From the NCBI RefSeq assembly GCF_036321535.1, contig NC_087447.1:41852001-41916000 (forward strand): a DNA stretch of 64,000 bases. The letters run 5' to 3'. Origin of the DNA: Camelus dromedarius. Its lineage: Eukaryota. Each line of letters begins with the position of its first letter. Position 1 is the stretch's first letter. Below, piece by piece: positions 28,058-41,927 of the stretch. The notes below the pieces were generated by a model. That model made no database searches. It was not told the DNA's origin and worked only from the letters and a program-made list of their open reading frames with translations. A program made the translations under genes and the position numbers.

Positions 28058-28500
28058 TATCAGTTGGGGTTCTTAGTTTCAGACAACTGGATCTACTTTC
28101 TCTAGTTTATTCAGAAAAGGATTTATGACAAAGTATTGGGCAGTTGATGTAATTTCATAGGTGAGGGGTGAGCAGGAAACCAATTCTGGGTACTAGGAAC
28201 TTCCTAGCTTGTAGCTGTTCTGGTAGAAACTGTACTTTGTCCACCTTTCACCATTTGACACGTATGATGTTCAGTACCAGACAACAGAACCTTCACAGTA
28301 GTTGCCCTGAAAACAGTCTCCCCACATGTTGCCACTACCATACATTGGTGAATTCTCCTGTAAGTGTTATACAGGTCATTTCCTTATGGAAGTCAGATTG
28401 CATGCAGACCCCTCCCTTGCCCTGGCAAAGGAATCAGAAAAACTTTTTTGTTGTTGTTATTTGTTTGTTTTGTTTTGCTTTCAAAGCTCTGTAGTTTCAT
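28058..28500 (-). mobile_element. MaLR LTR remnant (MLT1-like)
   Basis: tcagttggggttcttagtttcagacaac...tttattcagaaaaggattta resembles an MLT1 terminus. Confidence 0.5.
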
Positions 28501-29003
28501 GAAGGAAATTATAAAAGAGCTTAAAGGATGTTGAATGAGCCAATCCGCATTGTCTGCTGTACTTTCTGTTATGTACAGATGAGTGAGTTTCACCACCAGG
28601 AAAAAGGATTGGCTTTCTTTCTGAAATGGCCTCACAAAGGAACATTTGTTAGTTTGGTTACTTTAATCAAACTCCCAAGATCTGAATTTTCTGGATGCAG
28701 AAATCTGATTTTTTCCATATAAGAAGAGACAAACCTCTTTTCATGGCATGGAGTCACTGTCCAAGTTCATTAGACTGATGTATTAAAACCAGCATGCTAG
28801 TTTATTAATTTACAGTGATAAGTTTAAAGATTACATAGAATAAAATATGCATTGTCTCTATTATCAGCACATTTTCTCCTTGTTGTCAGATATTTGTGGG
28901 AGGCCATATCAAAATCAGAAGCGTTTTGATTGTGGAATCAAACTAAGGAATATTTGATGTCAAATATTTAACATCTGCCAGATTAACTAGCCCATTGTTA
29001 ATG

Positions 29004-29206
29004 CAGTTGACCCTTGAACAACATGGGTTTGAACTGCACAGGTCCATGTATCCACAGATTTTTTTTTTCAGTCAACATGTGCTATATGTACTACAAAATC
29101 CGTGGTTGGTTGAATCTGTGGATGGGAAGGGCTGACTGTACAGTTTTAAGTGGATTTTGACTACACAGGGGCATCAGTGCCCCAAAACATTGTTCAGGGG
29201 CAACTG
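29004..29206. mobile_element. MER8-like TcMar-Tigger MITE
   Basis: TIRs cagttgacccttgaacaa ... ttgttcaggggcaactg. Confidence 0.85.
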
Positions 29207-29620
29207 TTTTTGAAATTGGGGATTATGTTAATGGGGGCAGAAAACTTAGATGTCTGTGATTCTAGTCATTTCTGTCCTAGATAGTGTTTGGGTGGATGTT
29301 GCCAACAAATAGCTCATCAAATTCCCATTTTGATCAATTCAGTCTAAATAAGAAAGAATGTTCTCCAGTAGAGAGCCTGTATATCTCTTTTAGGTGATCT
29401 TTCATTTCTGTGTTGATCTGTTGAATATAAGTTAATGCTGAGAATAGAATATTTTCCTTTATTCCCATATTCTTGAGAGTACCTCTTTACAACTCCCTAG
29501 AATTTTTTTAATGAAACTAACTGTGATTATTTAGGGTTGGTCTCTCTCCTCTCTCCTTCATTTCCAACCCCTCTCCTGCCAGATAAACTCATGGAACAGT
29601 AATACATTAAGACAGTGTAG

Positions 29621-32600
29621 GGGGGTTCTAGTCTAAGATGACAACATAGAAGTTCCTGAATTCACTTACTCCCATAGACATACCAGATCCACAGCTATAT
29701 ACAGAGCAATTTCAGAAACTAGGTGAGCAATTCCTGTACATCAGGCAGACAAGAAAAGAGTCACACTGACTGGAACAAGTAGGAATGGCTGAGACATGTC
29801 GTCTCTATAAATCCCACCCTGGCACAGCAGCATGCAATTGGGAAGGAATTTACAACTTCCATTTCCTCCCTGAAGGAAACAGCAAAGGTCAGAATAGAAA
29901 TAAATGAAACAGAGATTGAAAAGATAATGAAAAAAATTAATGAAAGTAAGAGCTATTTTTTGGAAGAGACTAACAAAATTGACAAACTTTTAGCTATACT
30001 CAGCAAGAAAAGAAGAGAAAGAACTAATAAATAAAATTAGAAATTAAATAGGAGACATTGGTTCTGATACCACAGAAATACAAAGGATCATAAGACTCCT
30101 ATGAAAAAATATATACCAACAAATGGGCAACCTAGGAGACATGAATAAATTCCTACTAATGTACAACCTACCAAGTCTGAATCATGAAAAAATATAAAAT
30201 GTGAACAGACCAATAGTAGTAAAGATATTAAATCAGTAATCTAAACCTCTGACCAAGGAAAAGTCGAGGACCAGACGGCTTTACTTGTCAGTTCTACTAT
30301 ACATCTAAAGAAGAATTAATAGCAGTCCTCAAACTCTTCCGAAAAAGAGGAGAGGAGGGAATGCTTCCACACTTACTCTACAGGGCCAGCCTATTACCCT
30401 GATAGCAAAGACAGACATGGGCATTATAAGAAAAGGAAATCACAGACCAATATCCCTGGTATACACAGGTGCAAAAATCCTCAACAAAATATTAGCAAAC
30501 CAAGTTCAACAATACATTAAAAGGATCATACACCATGATCAAGTGGGATTTATTCCTGGATTCAGGGTTCAAAATGTGCAAATCAGTGAATGTGATCCAC
30601 CACATTAACAAAATTAAGGATAAAGTTTATGTGATTGTCTTAATAGATACAGGGAAAGCTTGTGTCAAAATTCGACATTGATTCAGGATAAAACTCTCAA
30701 CAAACTGGGTATAGGGTGAGCATACTTCAACACCATAAAGGCCCTTTATGACAAGTCCACAGCTAACATCATACTCAATGGTGAAAAACTGAAAGCTTTT
30801 CCTCTAAGATGCAGTGCTAGTCAAGAATGCTCATTCTTATCACTTTTACTCAACATAGTAGTGAATATCCTAGCTAGAGGAATTAGTTAAGAAAAGAAAA
30901 ATATAAGGTATGTAAATCAGAAAGGAAGTAGTAAAACTATCTCTATTTGTTGTTGACATGATATTATATATATAAAATCCTAAAGACTACCAAAAAAGTA
31001 TTAGAACTAATAAATGAATCCTTAAAGTTGCAGTATAAAAAGTTGATAAACAAAAATGAATTGAGTTTCTTACACTAACAAAAAATTATGAGGAAGAGAA
31101 ATTAAGAATGTAGTCCTATTTATAATTGCATGAAAAAGAATAAATACCCAGGCATAACTTTACCAAGGAGGTAAGAAGATCTATATCCTGAAAACTGTGT
31201 AAGACATTAATGAAATACATTGAAGAAAACACAAATATGTAGAAAGAAGGCCCATGCTAATGGACTGGAAGTCTTATTAATATTAAAATGTTCATACTAT
31301 TCTAAGAAATTTACTGGTGGGGGAGGGTATAGCTCAGTGGTAGAGCACATGCTTAGCATCTGTGAGGTCTGGGTTCAGTCCCTGGTACGTCTATTAAAAT
31401 AAATAAATAAATAAATAAACCTAATTACCCTCCCAAAATTACAAAAAAAAAAAAAAAAAGAAGAAGAAATTTACAGATTCAGTACAATCTCTATCAAAAT
31501 TTCAGTGGCATATTTCACAAAGTATCCTACAATTCATACGGAACCACAGAAGACCCTGAAAAGCCAGAGTGTTCTTGACAAAGAAGAATAAAGTCAAGAG
31601 TCACACTTCTTAATTTCAGAATATATTACAAAACTATCTTAATTAAAATAGTATGATATTGGCGTAACAATAGACACATAGATCAGTAGAACCGAATACT
31701 GAGCCCTGAAATAATACCATGTGCATATAGTCAATTAATTTACAACAAAAGGGCCAGGAATATACCATGGGAAAAGGATAGTATATTTAGTAAGTGGTGT
31801 TTAGAAAATTGGACAGCCATATGCAAAAGAAGGAACCAGGATCCCTGTCTTACACCATACACAACGATAAATTCAAAATGGATTTAAGATGTCAGTGTAA
31901 GACCTGAAATGTTCTAAAAGAAAACCTAGGGGATAAGCTCCTTGATGAAGGTCTTGCCAATGATTTTTGGATTTGATATCAAAAGCAGTGGCAACGAAAG
32001 CAAAAATAAGTGGGACTGTGTGAAACCAAAAAGCTCCTGCACAGTAAAGGAAACCATCAACAAAATCAAAGGCAGCCTACTGAATGGGAGAAAATATTTG
32101 CAAACCATGTGTCTGTTAATGGGTTAATGTCCAAAATATATAAAGAACATACAACTCAATAGTAAAAAAATTTTAAAATTCCAGTTTAAAAGTGGGCAAA
32201 AGACTTGAATAGACATTTTTTCAAAGAAGTCGTACATCAGTCACATGAAAAGATGCTCAACATCACTAATCAGAAGAAGAAGTGGAAATCAGTACCACAA
32301 TGAGATGTACCGGTTAGAATGATTATCCTCAAAAAGAATAAGACAGCAGAAGTGTACGTGAAACTGTGGAGAAAAGGGAACCCTTGCGAGCTGTTGGAAA
32401 TGTGAATTGATACAACCACTATGGAAAACAGTATTGAGTTTTCTCAAAAAATTAAAAATAGAGCTCTCTTATGATCCAGCAATCCCACTTCTGGGTATGT
32501 ATCCAAAGGAAATGAAACATGATATTGAAGAGATATCTGCAGTCCCATTCATTGCAGCATTATTCACAATAGTCAAGATACGGAAACAACCTCAGTGTCC

Positions 32601-33176
32601 ATCAATGGTTGAATGGATAAAGATGTTTTATATACATATATATGTACACACGTGTGTCATACTTACATACACAATGGAATATTCAGCCATGAGAAAGCAG
32701 GAAGTGCTGCTGTTTACAACATGAATGGACCTTGAGAGCATTATGCTAAGTGAAATAAGCCAGACCGAGGAAGATAAATACTGCATGGTATCATTTATAT
32801 GTAGAATCTAAAAAAAGAAAAAAAAAGTCAAACTAAGAGAAATAGTAGAAAAGTGGTCACCAGGGGCTGAAGGATTAAGGAAATAGGGAGGGGTTGATAA
32901 AAGAGTACAGAGTTTCAGCTATAAGATTAATAAGTTCTGAGGATCTATAATAAAACATGATGACTACAGTTGATAACACTGTATTATATAATTGGAATTT
33001 ACCAAGAGGGTAGATCTTCAATGTCCTCATCCTTGCCCAAAAGATAAATATGTGAGATGATGGATGTATTAATTAACTAGAAGAGGGAAATGTTTCACAC
33101 TGTATCCATATGTCAGATCACCAGTCTAAATATCTTTAAATGTTGTCAGGCAGAATTCTATAAAGTGGATTTAAAA
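29621..33176 (+). mobile_element. L1 with 5'UTR fused to mid-ORF2 and 3'UTR (internally deleted)
   Basis: 5'UTR-type start (aagatgacaacatagaag); ORF2 peptides in ORFs 30417, 31942 and 32407 ([33 protein letters not shown]). Confidence 0.88.
31315..31463 (+). mobile_element. tRNA-derived SINE, Vic-1-like, nested in L1 ORF2
   Basis: GGGGAGGGTATAGCTCAGTGGTAGAGCACATGCTTAGC...GGTTCAGTCCC, (AAAT)n and poly(A); TSD AAGAAATTTAC at 31304-31314 and 31464-31474. Confidence 0.9.
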
Positions 33177-33299
33177 AGGACAATTTAGCAGGTGTAAAGA
33201 GATTCTAGGAACCCCAGTTAAACTTACAGAAAGCAGTATAGGAGGACATTATAGCAGATATTTGTAAAGTGGTTCTAGGAACTCGGGGCTATTTTTCAA

Positions 33300-34630
33300 G
33301 CTTTTCATTTGAAAATAATTTCAGATATACAGAAAAGTTACAAGAATATTGCAAACATCTATGTACCTGTTACCTATATTCACCCATTTAAAATATTTTG
33401 TCCCATCTTTTTATTATCATAATATTAATTATCTTTGATAAACCCTGTCCTCTTTCCCTTACTCCCTCTTTCTCCTTACACACACACATACACACACACT
33501 CACATACTCACACACATAAGCTTTTTCCTGAACTATTTGAGACAAATTTGTGTGCATCATTTCCCTTTGCCCTGAAGTCTTCAGTGTATAATTTCATAGG
33601 AATAAGTATGTTTTTACATAAACATAGTATGATTATCAATCTCAGGAAATCAACATCAGTATTATATTTTTATCTAATCTACCATCCATATTTTCAGTTT
33701 GGTTACTTGACCTAATGTTCTTTATGATCCACCCCCCTCCCCTGCCTTTTTTTTTTTTTTTTTTTTTTGGTCCTCCTGTACAGGATGTAGTTTAAAATTA
33801 CGTATTGCATTTAATTATAATTTCTATTTTGTCTCTTTTTCATCTGGAATAGTTGCTCAGCCTTTCACATTTCAAATAGTGCAGGTCTCAGTGCCCTGCA
33901 CTGAAGGCTTACTATTTTTTGTTTTTCTGATTCAGGTTATACATCAGTAGTTGGAATGCTACCAACATTTAGAAAACAAAGTGTGTGTCCTTCTAAGGGC
34001 ACACATCTGGAAGTACACAGTGTCTGTCTGCTCCCCACCCCACTGATGATGTTATTATTGAATACTTGGTCTGATGATTGGCAGATATCTCCATTGTATA
34101 GTTGCTGTTTTTTTTTTTTTTTTTACTTGCAATGAATAAGCAATGTATAGGAAAATATTTTAAGATTATGCAAAAATTCTATTAATCATGCCTCCCTCCG
34201 ATTTGGCATTTAGTAATGATTCTTGTCTGTGCCAATTTTTATTATTATGGTTGCAAAATGATTATTTTCCAATTCACACACACCCTCTACCTTTACCAGT
34301 CAGCCGTTGACATTTTACTAAAAACAAGATTTTCCTGTCTTTTTATCTATGTGAGCTATAGACTCATGTATTCCAGCTTTTTTTCTCTTAAGTAGTATAT
34401 GATTAATGGTTTTCACTGTTTTAATTCACTGATTGTCCTAAGTTTAACCAGTGGGCTCCCCTTCAGAGTGGTTCTTGTATTCTGTTAACAAAGCCCCATC
34501 AGTTTTTTAAAACATTTTTTAACTTTTTATCATAACAAACTGATCCAGGCTCGTCTTATTCCTTCTCTGCCTCAGCCTTGAAATTAGCCATTTCTCCAAG
34601 GAGCCCTGGCTCACTTGAGTAGGTAATAAT
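33300..34630 (-). mobile_element. Old L1 3'UTR (L1MC/ME-like) containing a (CA)n tract at ~33479-33517
   Basis: tttgaaaataatttcagatatacagaaaagtta ... gccatttctccaaggagccctgg motifs. Confidence 0.65.
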
Positions 34631-36897
34631 ATTAAAAATCATATCAGAGTTTTTGTATATTTGGAATCAGTGTTTGAGAATTATTTTTCTCTTTAGTTCA
34701 GATATTTTCCCATTTGCCGTTTTAACTGGACCCAGACATTACAATTTATTTAGTATTTACAGTCACCTTACAGAAAGTTAGTCTGCTTCTTAGAGTTTTT
34801 CCAAGATTCTGAAAATGTAAATAAGTTATAAGAATTCTAGCTCCTATATAATCGCACTTAGGTAGGAGATGCTAGCCAGAATTATATAGTAGCTTTTCTG
34901 TGTGAAGAACAGAGAGGTAATATCTTTTGGAATGGGTTAAGAAAAAAAAGTAAAAACAATGAGAAATTAGTTGAAAAGATAATATTAAAGCCCAGATGAT
35001 GTTCCTTTCTAGGTCATCATTAATGTTCCCATTTTCAGTGTGGACAGTTTAACTATGTCCTTTTTAAAAAATGTGTTTTTCTTTTATTTTTGGATCGTAT
35101 CATCAGTTCAAAAATAGATCTTTTAATTCTCATTTGGTGTGAATTACTTCATACCAAATATACTATGACACATTATTTGGAAGCCTAGAAGAACAGGAAC
35201 TCAGGGACAGAAACCATCCAAAGTATAATTGTGCAACTTTTAAAATGTTGTCTCTTATCTCTCCAAGATACAGTAACACTGTCAGAAATCACAAACAAAA
35301 CTTTGGCATTAAACTTTTGATCACATATTCCCAAAAGTATTCAGCCAGGCAATGTGATTGTAAAATGTTTTAAGTAATCAGTAAAATATGATAGATATGA
35401 GGAGGCTTTATATGGCTTATCTAAAAAAATGACAGACCTAAGTGTTTTATTCAGTTGCATCATTTTAGAGTCTTCCAATGTGTTCATAAACGTCTTTATG
35501 AATCAGTAATGATGCAACTTGCAGTAAAGACATTTACTATGTCAGCAAACAAAATGTGATCAAAGAAAGGGGGTGAAATGTACTTTGGAACAGTGCTGAC
35601 ACAGGTGCACAATAAAGGTTTTATTTTCTTCATTTTTTATTATGGAAATTCCCATATTCACCTGTAAATATTTTAGTATGAATCTCTAACAGATAAAGAC
35701 CTTTTTTACATTACCAATCTGCCATTATAATATTTAACAAAATTATAATTTTGAATAATCTCTTAATATTATCTAATATCCAAGTTACATATTTTTAATT
35801 AAAAAAATAATCTCCAAAATGTCTTGGTTTATTCATACAAGTTCCACACATTATATTTGGTTGATATTTCTTAAATTTCTTTTGTAACAGTCCCCTTTGT
35901 GGGTTGGTAGAGGAACTGGATCATTTATCCTATGGAATGCTCTACATTCTGGATTTGGCTCATTAATTCTCCATATTATTATCTAACTTGTACCTCTGTT
36001 CTCCATAGTTTCCATAAAGTAATATTTATATCTAGAGGCTTGACTGGATTCACATTCAGTTTTTAAAGCAAGACTACTTCAAAGATTGTACTGTACTTCC
36101 TACTGTGTAGCATCAAGAGGAACTTGTTTTCTGGTTGTTCTAACTTTTACCAGTGTTGAGATCGAGTTGTGGGTTTGGATTAGGGCCAGACTTTCACTTA
36201 CTAGTTTGAGATCTATTGATGATCATTGCCTAAATACATTATTTCAGTAGGAATTGGAAAAAAGGTAATTTCCTCATTCTGTTGTTCTTTCTGCATTTAT
36301 TAACTAAAATTCAACTATAAAATAAAACTTTCATCAACTACAGTTTGTTAGAAAAGATAGTTATTTCCCCTTATTTTAAAAAATTTTCAAAATAGTATAC
36401 TGGCACCCTAACAATCTTCAGTAGTGACCAGTTTTTAAAGTTGTCATTATAAACTCTTTTTTGTGTGTGAATTTGATGAGCTTCAGTCAACTGTGATTTT
36501 TATTCATTTTGATTCTGTTAGTTTTTAACAAACTCTTTACTTTTTGACTAATGAATAGGCGCATTTTGTACATTTTTCTGACCCAAATATAAAATGTCAT
36601 TTCTCCAGAGAGTCCTGGTTTCCTTTGCTGGGAGGCAGTATTTAATAAGGTCTAGTATAAATGAGTTATTTACTCTGGTATGATGCTTAGTACAGTATCT
36701 GGCATAAAGAATATATGTTATAGTTATTATTTTCTTCTATATTATCTATTTCCTCCCTGATCTTTACTATTTCCTTCCTTCTGCTGACTTTTTTCTCTTC
36801 TTTTTCTAATTCTTTTAGCTGGTAGTTTAGATTGTTTATTTGAGATTGTTCTTTTTTGAGGAAGGCCTCTTCTATATTATATTAATTGGCCTAGAAC

Positions 36898-37052
36898 TGT
36901 GATTCTTACAGCAGTATCAGTATCACTGAGAAACTTATAAGAAATGTAAATTCTTGGACTCTACCTCAGGCCTACTGAATTAGAAATTTAGGGGTGAGAC
37001 TCCAACATAGCTCTAAATGACTTCATTGCACACTGAAGTTTGAGAACCACTG
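36898..37052. mobile_element. MER5A-like hAT MITE
   Basis: gcagtatcagtatcactgagaaactt..agaaatgtaaattctt...cctactgaattagaa...aagtttgagaaccactg. Confidence 0.75.
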
Positions 37053-39939
37053 GTCAGGAGTAGAAGTTCCTAACTCATCTGGTGAGAGTGGGCCACAGGG
37101 CATGCTAAATATTTTCTCAGGGCAGCTATACAGCACCCTACCTCCCAGCAGCCTTGTCCATTTTCTAATCTTTTCAAATCTTATCTTACTTTATGAAATA
37201 GAATTAATGAAACAGATACCAAATATAATAATCTGTTTATGAAATAACCATTATATTTACCTAGCTTTCTAAAGGCATAGAATGTATGAATATATACATA
37301 TTTCAGTTTCATTCATTTTCTATACTAAAATAGCTTGTGATAGCCTTTCCCAACATGAGTTCCACAGGGCACTGGGTCCTCTAGATATTCTGTAATAAAG
37401 AGGATTTCATTGGTCCAGTAAGTTGGAGAAATATTTTATATTATATCTACTTTGCTGGGCATTGCACAAACAATATTTGCATATCAAAGTCTGAGAAATC
37501 TTGCAGTAAAGAAACCTTTTTAACTTGGCTTTAACTTATTGTCAAAATCTTTTGATTAGAAGACCCTTTTGCCTAAGTAATAACTATTAGCTTCCAGCAG
37601 AAAACACTTCGGAAAATTTAATATACTTATGAGTATATTTTTGAAAAAGACTTATGGACTTATGTGCCACTTAAAACATAGGGAGCTTTTTGGGTGACTA
37701 TATAGTAGCCCTACAAATGAATTTATACCACCTTCAGAATACTATAGAGCCCAGGAGCTATTAAAGGGGAAAACACCAGGATATTTTCTTTACTAGAGAT
37801 AAATTGGATTATGAAATGAAAACTAGTGGCCTGATTTCTCTGAAGCTTTGTTTTCCTAAAATGTATATTTCTCATGTAGTCATTATTTTCCCAACCAGTG
37901 CAAGGTTTTATAAAAACCTTTATATAAAACTAGGTTTTATCATGTGGACGTGTCAACCTGATAAGCGATTATTTGGCAAGAAATCAAGAAGTTTTCAGAG
38001 GGAATTGTAGACCTTACAGAATTTTGCAACTACTTAGACTCCTTTATTTCCAATTCTGGAAAAATTTTAAGTCCTTAAATTGCTTAACGGAGGCAACTCT
38101 ATATAATGGTACTCTGTAATAATTTACTTTTCAAAAAGGAAATGTAGAACTGGAAAATTTTTACTTGCATAATTCCTTTCATCCTCCTTTTTAAACTATT
38201 TAAAGAAATTTTGTAGGGAGGGGTTTAGTATGAAAAACTGTTGCTGAAAGTGAACTTAGCACAGACAGTATTGGATGCAAGTCTTTTCAAGATAGAAGAG
38301 ACAGGAATCTAGCATCAGGAGTGCAACAAACGTGAGGCTCAAGTGTTCAACCTGAGTTATAGGATAAACTTCTTAAAAATTGTGCCTGTTATGTGGAATC
38401 ATTCCATAAAATCAGTGCTCTAGTAGTTTCTAGCATTTTTGTCTCAGGAGATATTTAAAGGGCAGTAGTAGTATTTTTGGAGCAGATTGATCTAGGGGGT
38501 TCTAATTTACCCCATATTATTGAACCACACAGACTAGGAGAACTACATAGAATGTAAACTACATAGAACTTGGGAATCCCACTAGCAGATAGTTCATAGT
38601 AATAATAAGTAGAAAAATATCAGTACATGGGCAAGCTGTAGCATGTGTTTATGATGTATGTAAGAGATAAGGTGACCTTGCAAGTCAGTGTGAGGCAATT
38701 CAGTAAACACTGTTTAGGTAAGTTTGAATCTTTAATGGGACCACCAAAAACCAAAGAATAATCTTAACTTAGAAGAAGGGTTATAAATATTGTTCAATGA
38801 GATAAAATATATGAAAATGTTTTATACTATAAAATCTTAAATTTCAAGTCACTTGTAATATCTGTTACATTTGTGGCCTGTGTTTTTAATCTCCTGCTTA
38901 TTTTTAAGTTTCTCACAGCTTTGCAATATGTGAAAATTTGTCACTGTAAAACACGAAACAAATACAGCTAGTATCATTACACAGTTATTACACAAAAGGT
39001 ATTATAGCAGCTGTAAAGAAGGGGCAGTACTCCTTTATATGGTAAATTACTTACAGAGAAATGTAATCAAACCCACCACATTACTGTCTCCTGTATTTTA
39101 AACAGCAGTTTTGGCTTTTTGTGTGTGGGGGAGTTAAGTCATAGCAGTGCATTTTGCTTTGAGAAAAGGAATATGAATTTTCTCTGAACTTGGGACACTG
39201 TAGTCTTACAGGAGAGCTGTTGGAATTAAGAATAACAACATCTATGATTTATAGCACATTTACAAAGTAAAGGTCAAAATCTATACTAAAAAGTGATGTA
39301 AAGAAAAATGAGGTTGTTTTTATTTAATATTAACATTACATCAGACCTTTTTTCTTTCTTGTTGATAATTATTCCTGCTAGTGAATATTTAATTAAAGGA
39401 CAGCTTTAAGAAATGACTGATGCATTTCTATTTTATGTTTTGGTCATAGTAGGTTAACTATCATTTATATGATATGGTTACTCAAACTGACTCTAGGGCA
39501 TGTATCACAATCTCATAAAAATGTGGAGAGCCTTATCACTTTCAGGAATTTCAGTCATTCTTTCGTCCTGAAAGGACAGTATTTATTATTAATCTATGAA
39601 GAATATGATTCATTAAGTGTGGAAATCCTTGGTAAATTCTTATTCATCACATTTTTATTATTTCTAAGAATTCCAGAAACCACCCAACCTAATTTTAGCT
39701 TTTGCTTTGTAACAAATGAAAATCTTTCGAGAACATATGGATCTTATCACACATATAAAAAGTAAACAGACATTTCCCTCTGGATATGTGCATTCATTGA
39801 CATCTAATATTGGTTATATTTGACTGTTAGAGAAACTATATGGGCTCCAAAAAAGATAGAAAATACAATTCTTGGCCACCATGAGTAGTGGGGAAAAATT
39901 CCCTTCATAAAATACCCAGAAAACTATTTTAAGAAAATT

Positions 39940-40740
39940 CATTTCTGCGTGAATGCTGTGAACAAACAGTAAGTAAATATCAACTCTTTGCCCAGCTCTT
40001 GTTTTAGAAGCTGAGAAATTACCAATGAACAAAACAGACAGAAATTTTGGTCTTCATGGAGTCCATTCTAGTGGGGGAAACAGACAAACTAAAAAATAAA
40101 AGAAATGAAATGGGTAATATGTTGGACAATGACAAGTGCTGTAGAGAAAAAAAAAAATAAGGAAAGGGGATTTAGGGAGTATTAGGACATTGCAATTTCA
40201 AGTAGGGCGCCAGCAAATTCTTACCAGAACAGAATTTGCTTGAATAAAGACCTAACGGAGTTGAGGGAATTACTTATTTTGGTATCTATGCTGAGTAAGG
40301 GAGTAACAAAGAATGTGCCAGGCAAAGGAAAAACAAACATGCTTTAGACCCTTACCTGGGAGCATGCCCAGCATGTTTGAGGAGCAGCAAGGAAGGAAAG
40401 TGAGGCTAAAGAGAAATAGAGGAGACTGAAGAAGGCTGTTCAGATAATCCAGACAAGTGGCTGTGGCTCATAGTACTGTGGAAGCATTGGAGGTGGTGAG
40501 AAATCAGTATTGCTGACAGTGTGGGTACGGGTTATGAAAAAGAGGAGGAGAATCAGGATTTTTGATTTGCTAGGTAGGAAGGAAGGATTTCCAGTAACTG
40601 AGGTAGGGAATACTGCAGGAAGAGTGGAGTTTGGGGAGAAAAATTGGAGCTATGTTTTGGACGTATTTGAGATAACTTTTAGTCATCTAAATAGAGATGT
40701 CAAGCAGGCAGTTGGATGTGGCATTTAGGGGAGAGATTTG
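39940..40740 (-). mobile_element. L2 remnant
   Basis: Purine-rich L2-like motifs (cttcatggagtccattctagtggggg, catgtttgaggagcagcaagga, gagatgtcaagcaggcagttgga). Confidence 0.65.
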
Positions 40741-41792
40741 ACAGGAAAAATAAGTGTAATAAGTTGATGAACTGTGCTGAGAATTAACAGTAGGAGAAAA
40801 ATCAGTAAAGGAAAGGCTTCAGGAAGGAAAATAAATTTTAAGCTGAACCTTTGATTAATGGGAAGAGTAGAGGATTCTAGTTGGGGTAAACGTTCTTAGA
40901 ATATCATTTAGAAGCATTAGAAATCTGAATGCTTTACTACCTTGATTTTTTTTCCTTTCACTTAAAACTTTTTAGTGCATCATGTAGTATTATGGAACTA
41001 TAGGTGCACAAGAAGTATTTGTTGATTCATAAATGAGAATCATTTTTCAAAGTTTATTTTATTAACTAGTATTTAATCATTGAAAACATAGGTTTTTTTT
41101 AAATTCTAGGTGTTTACTGTGCTAAAATACACATGACATTAGCTTTACAATTTCAACCATTTTTAAGTGTACAGTTCAGTGGTTCTAGGTACATTCCAAA
41201 ACTCAGTTTGATGTATAAAAATATTCTGACTTTTCAACAAAATCAACATTGTTGCTTATGAGGAAAAAGAATTTAGAACTGATTGGTCTTTACTTCTAAG
41301 AGCATTGAGCTTTCTGCAAGATAATCCCAACTGATTATATCACTTTTGTTTAAAAGATTGGGACAAGCCAAAAAACAAAAATGAACATTAGTGTCTGTTT
41401 TAGAAAACAGATTTTTTTTCTATTCTTGAAAACTGAATTTCCATTTAACTGAATGTCAATTGTAGTTGTTTGGGTCACTGTTTAGTGAATATGTCTTTTG
41501 ATGACTGCTACCTCACAGAAATCAAATGTTCAGATTAAGTTGTATATATCTGGAGCTTAAAGAGTTTTCAAAAATGAAATAAGTATGCCCTGCTTCATAA
41601 TTTCTTTGCCTATTTGCTTCTTAGATTCCTCTCAAAGTATGTTCTTTATTTTTAGTTTGAGTTTTATAAATTATATCTTGTAATTAATTTTGGATTTTGT
41701 AAATTACATGAAAGCATGTGATATGTCTGTCTTTTATGAGTTATAAATCTAGAAAATTGTCTGTCTGTTGATTACAGTGTCTCTTTCTTTAG

Positions 41793-41927
<135 letters not shown>

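Noticed and set aside
31321..31390. tRNA gene-like sequence (also at ~19500-19574)
   Set aside because: It is the tRNA-derived head of a SINE, with an A-rich tail and TSD and no full cloverleaf or acceptor stem.
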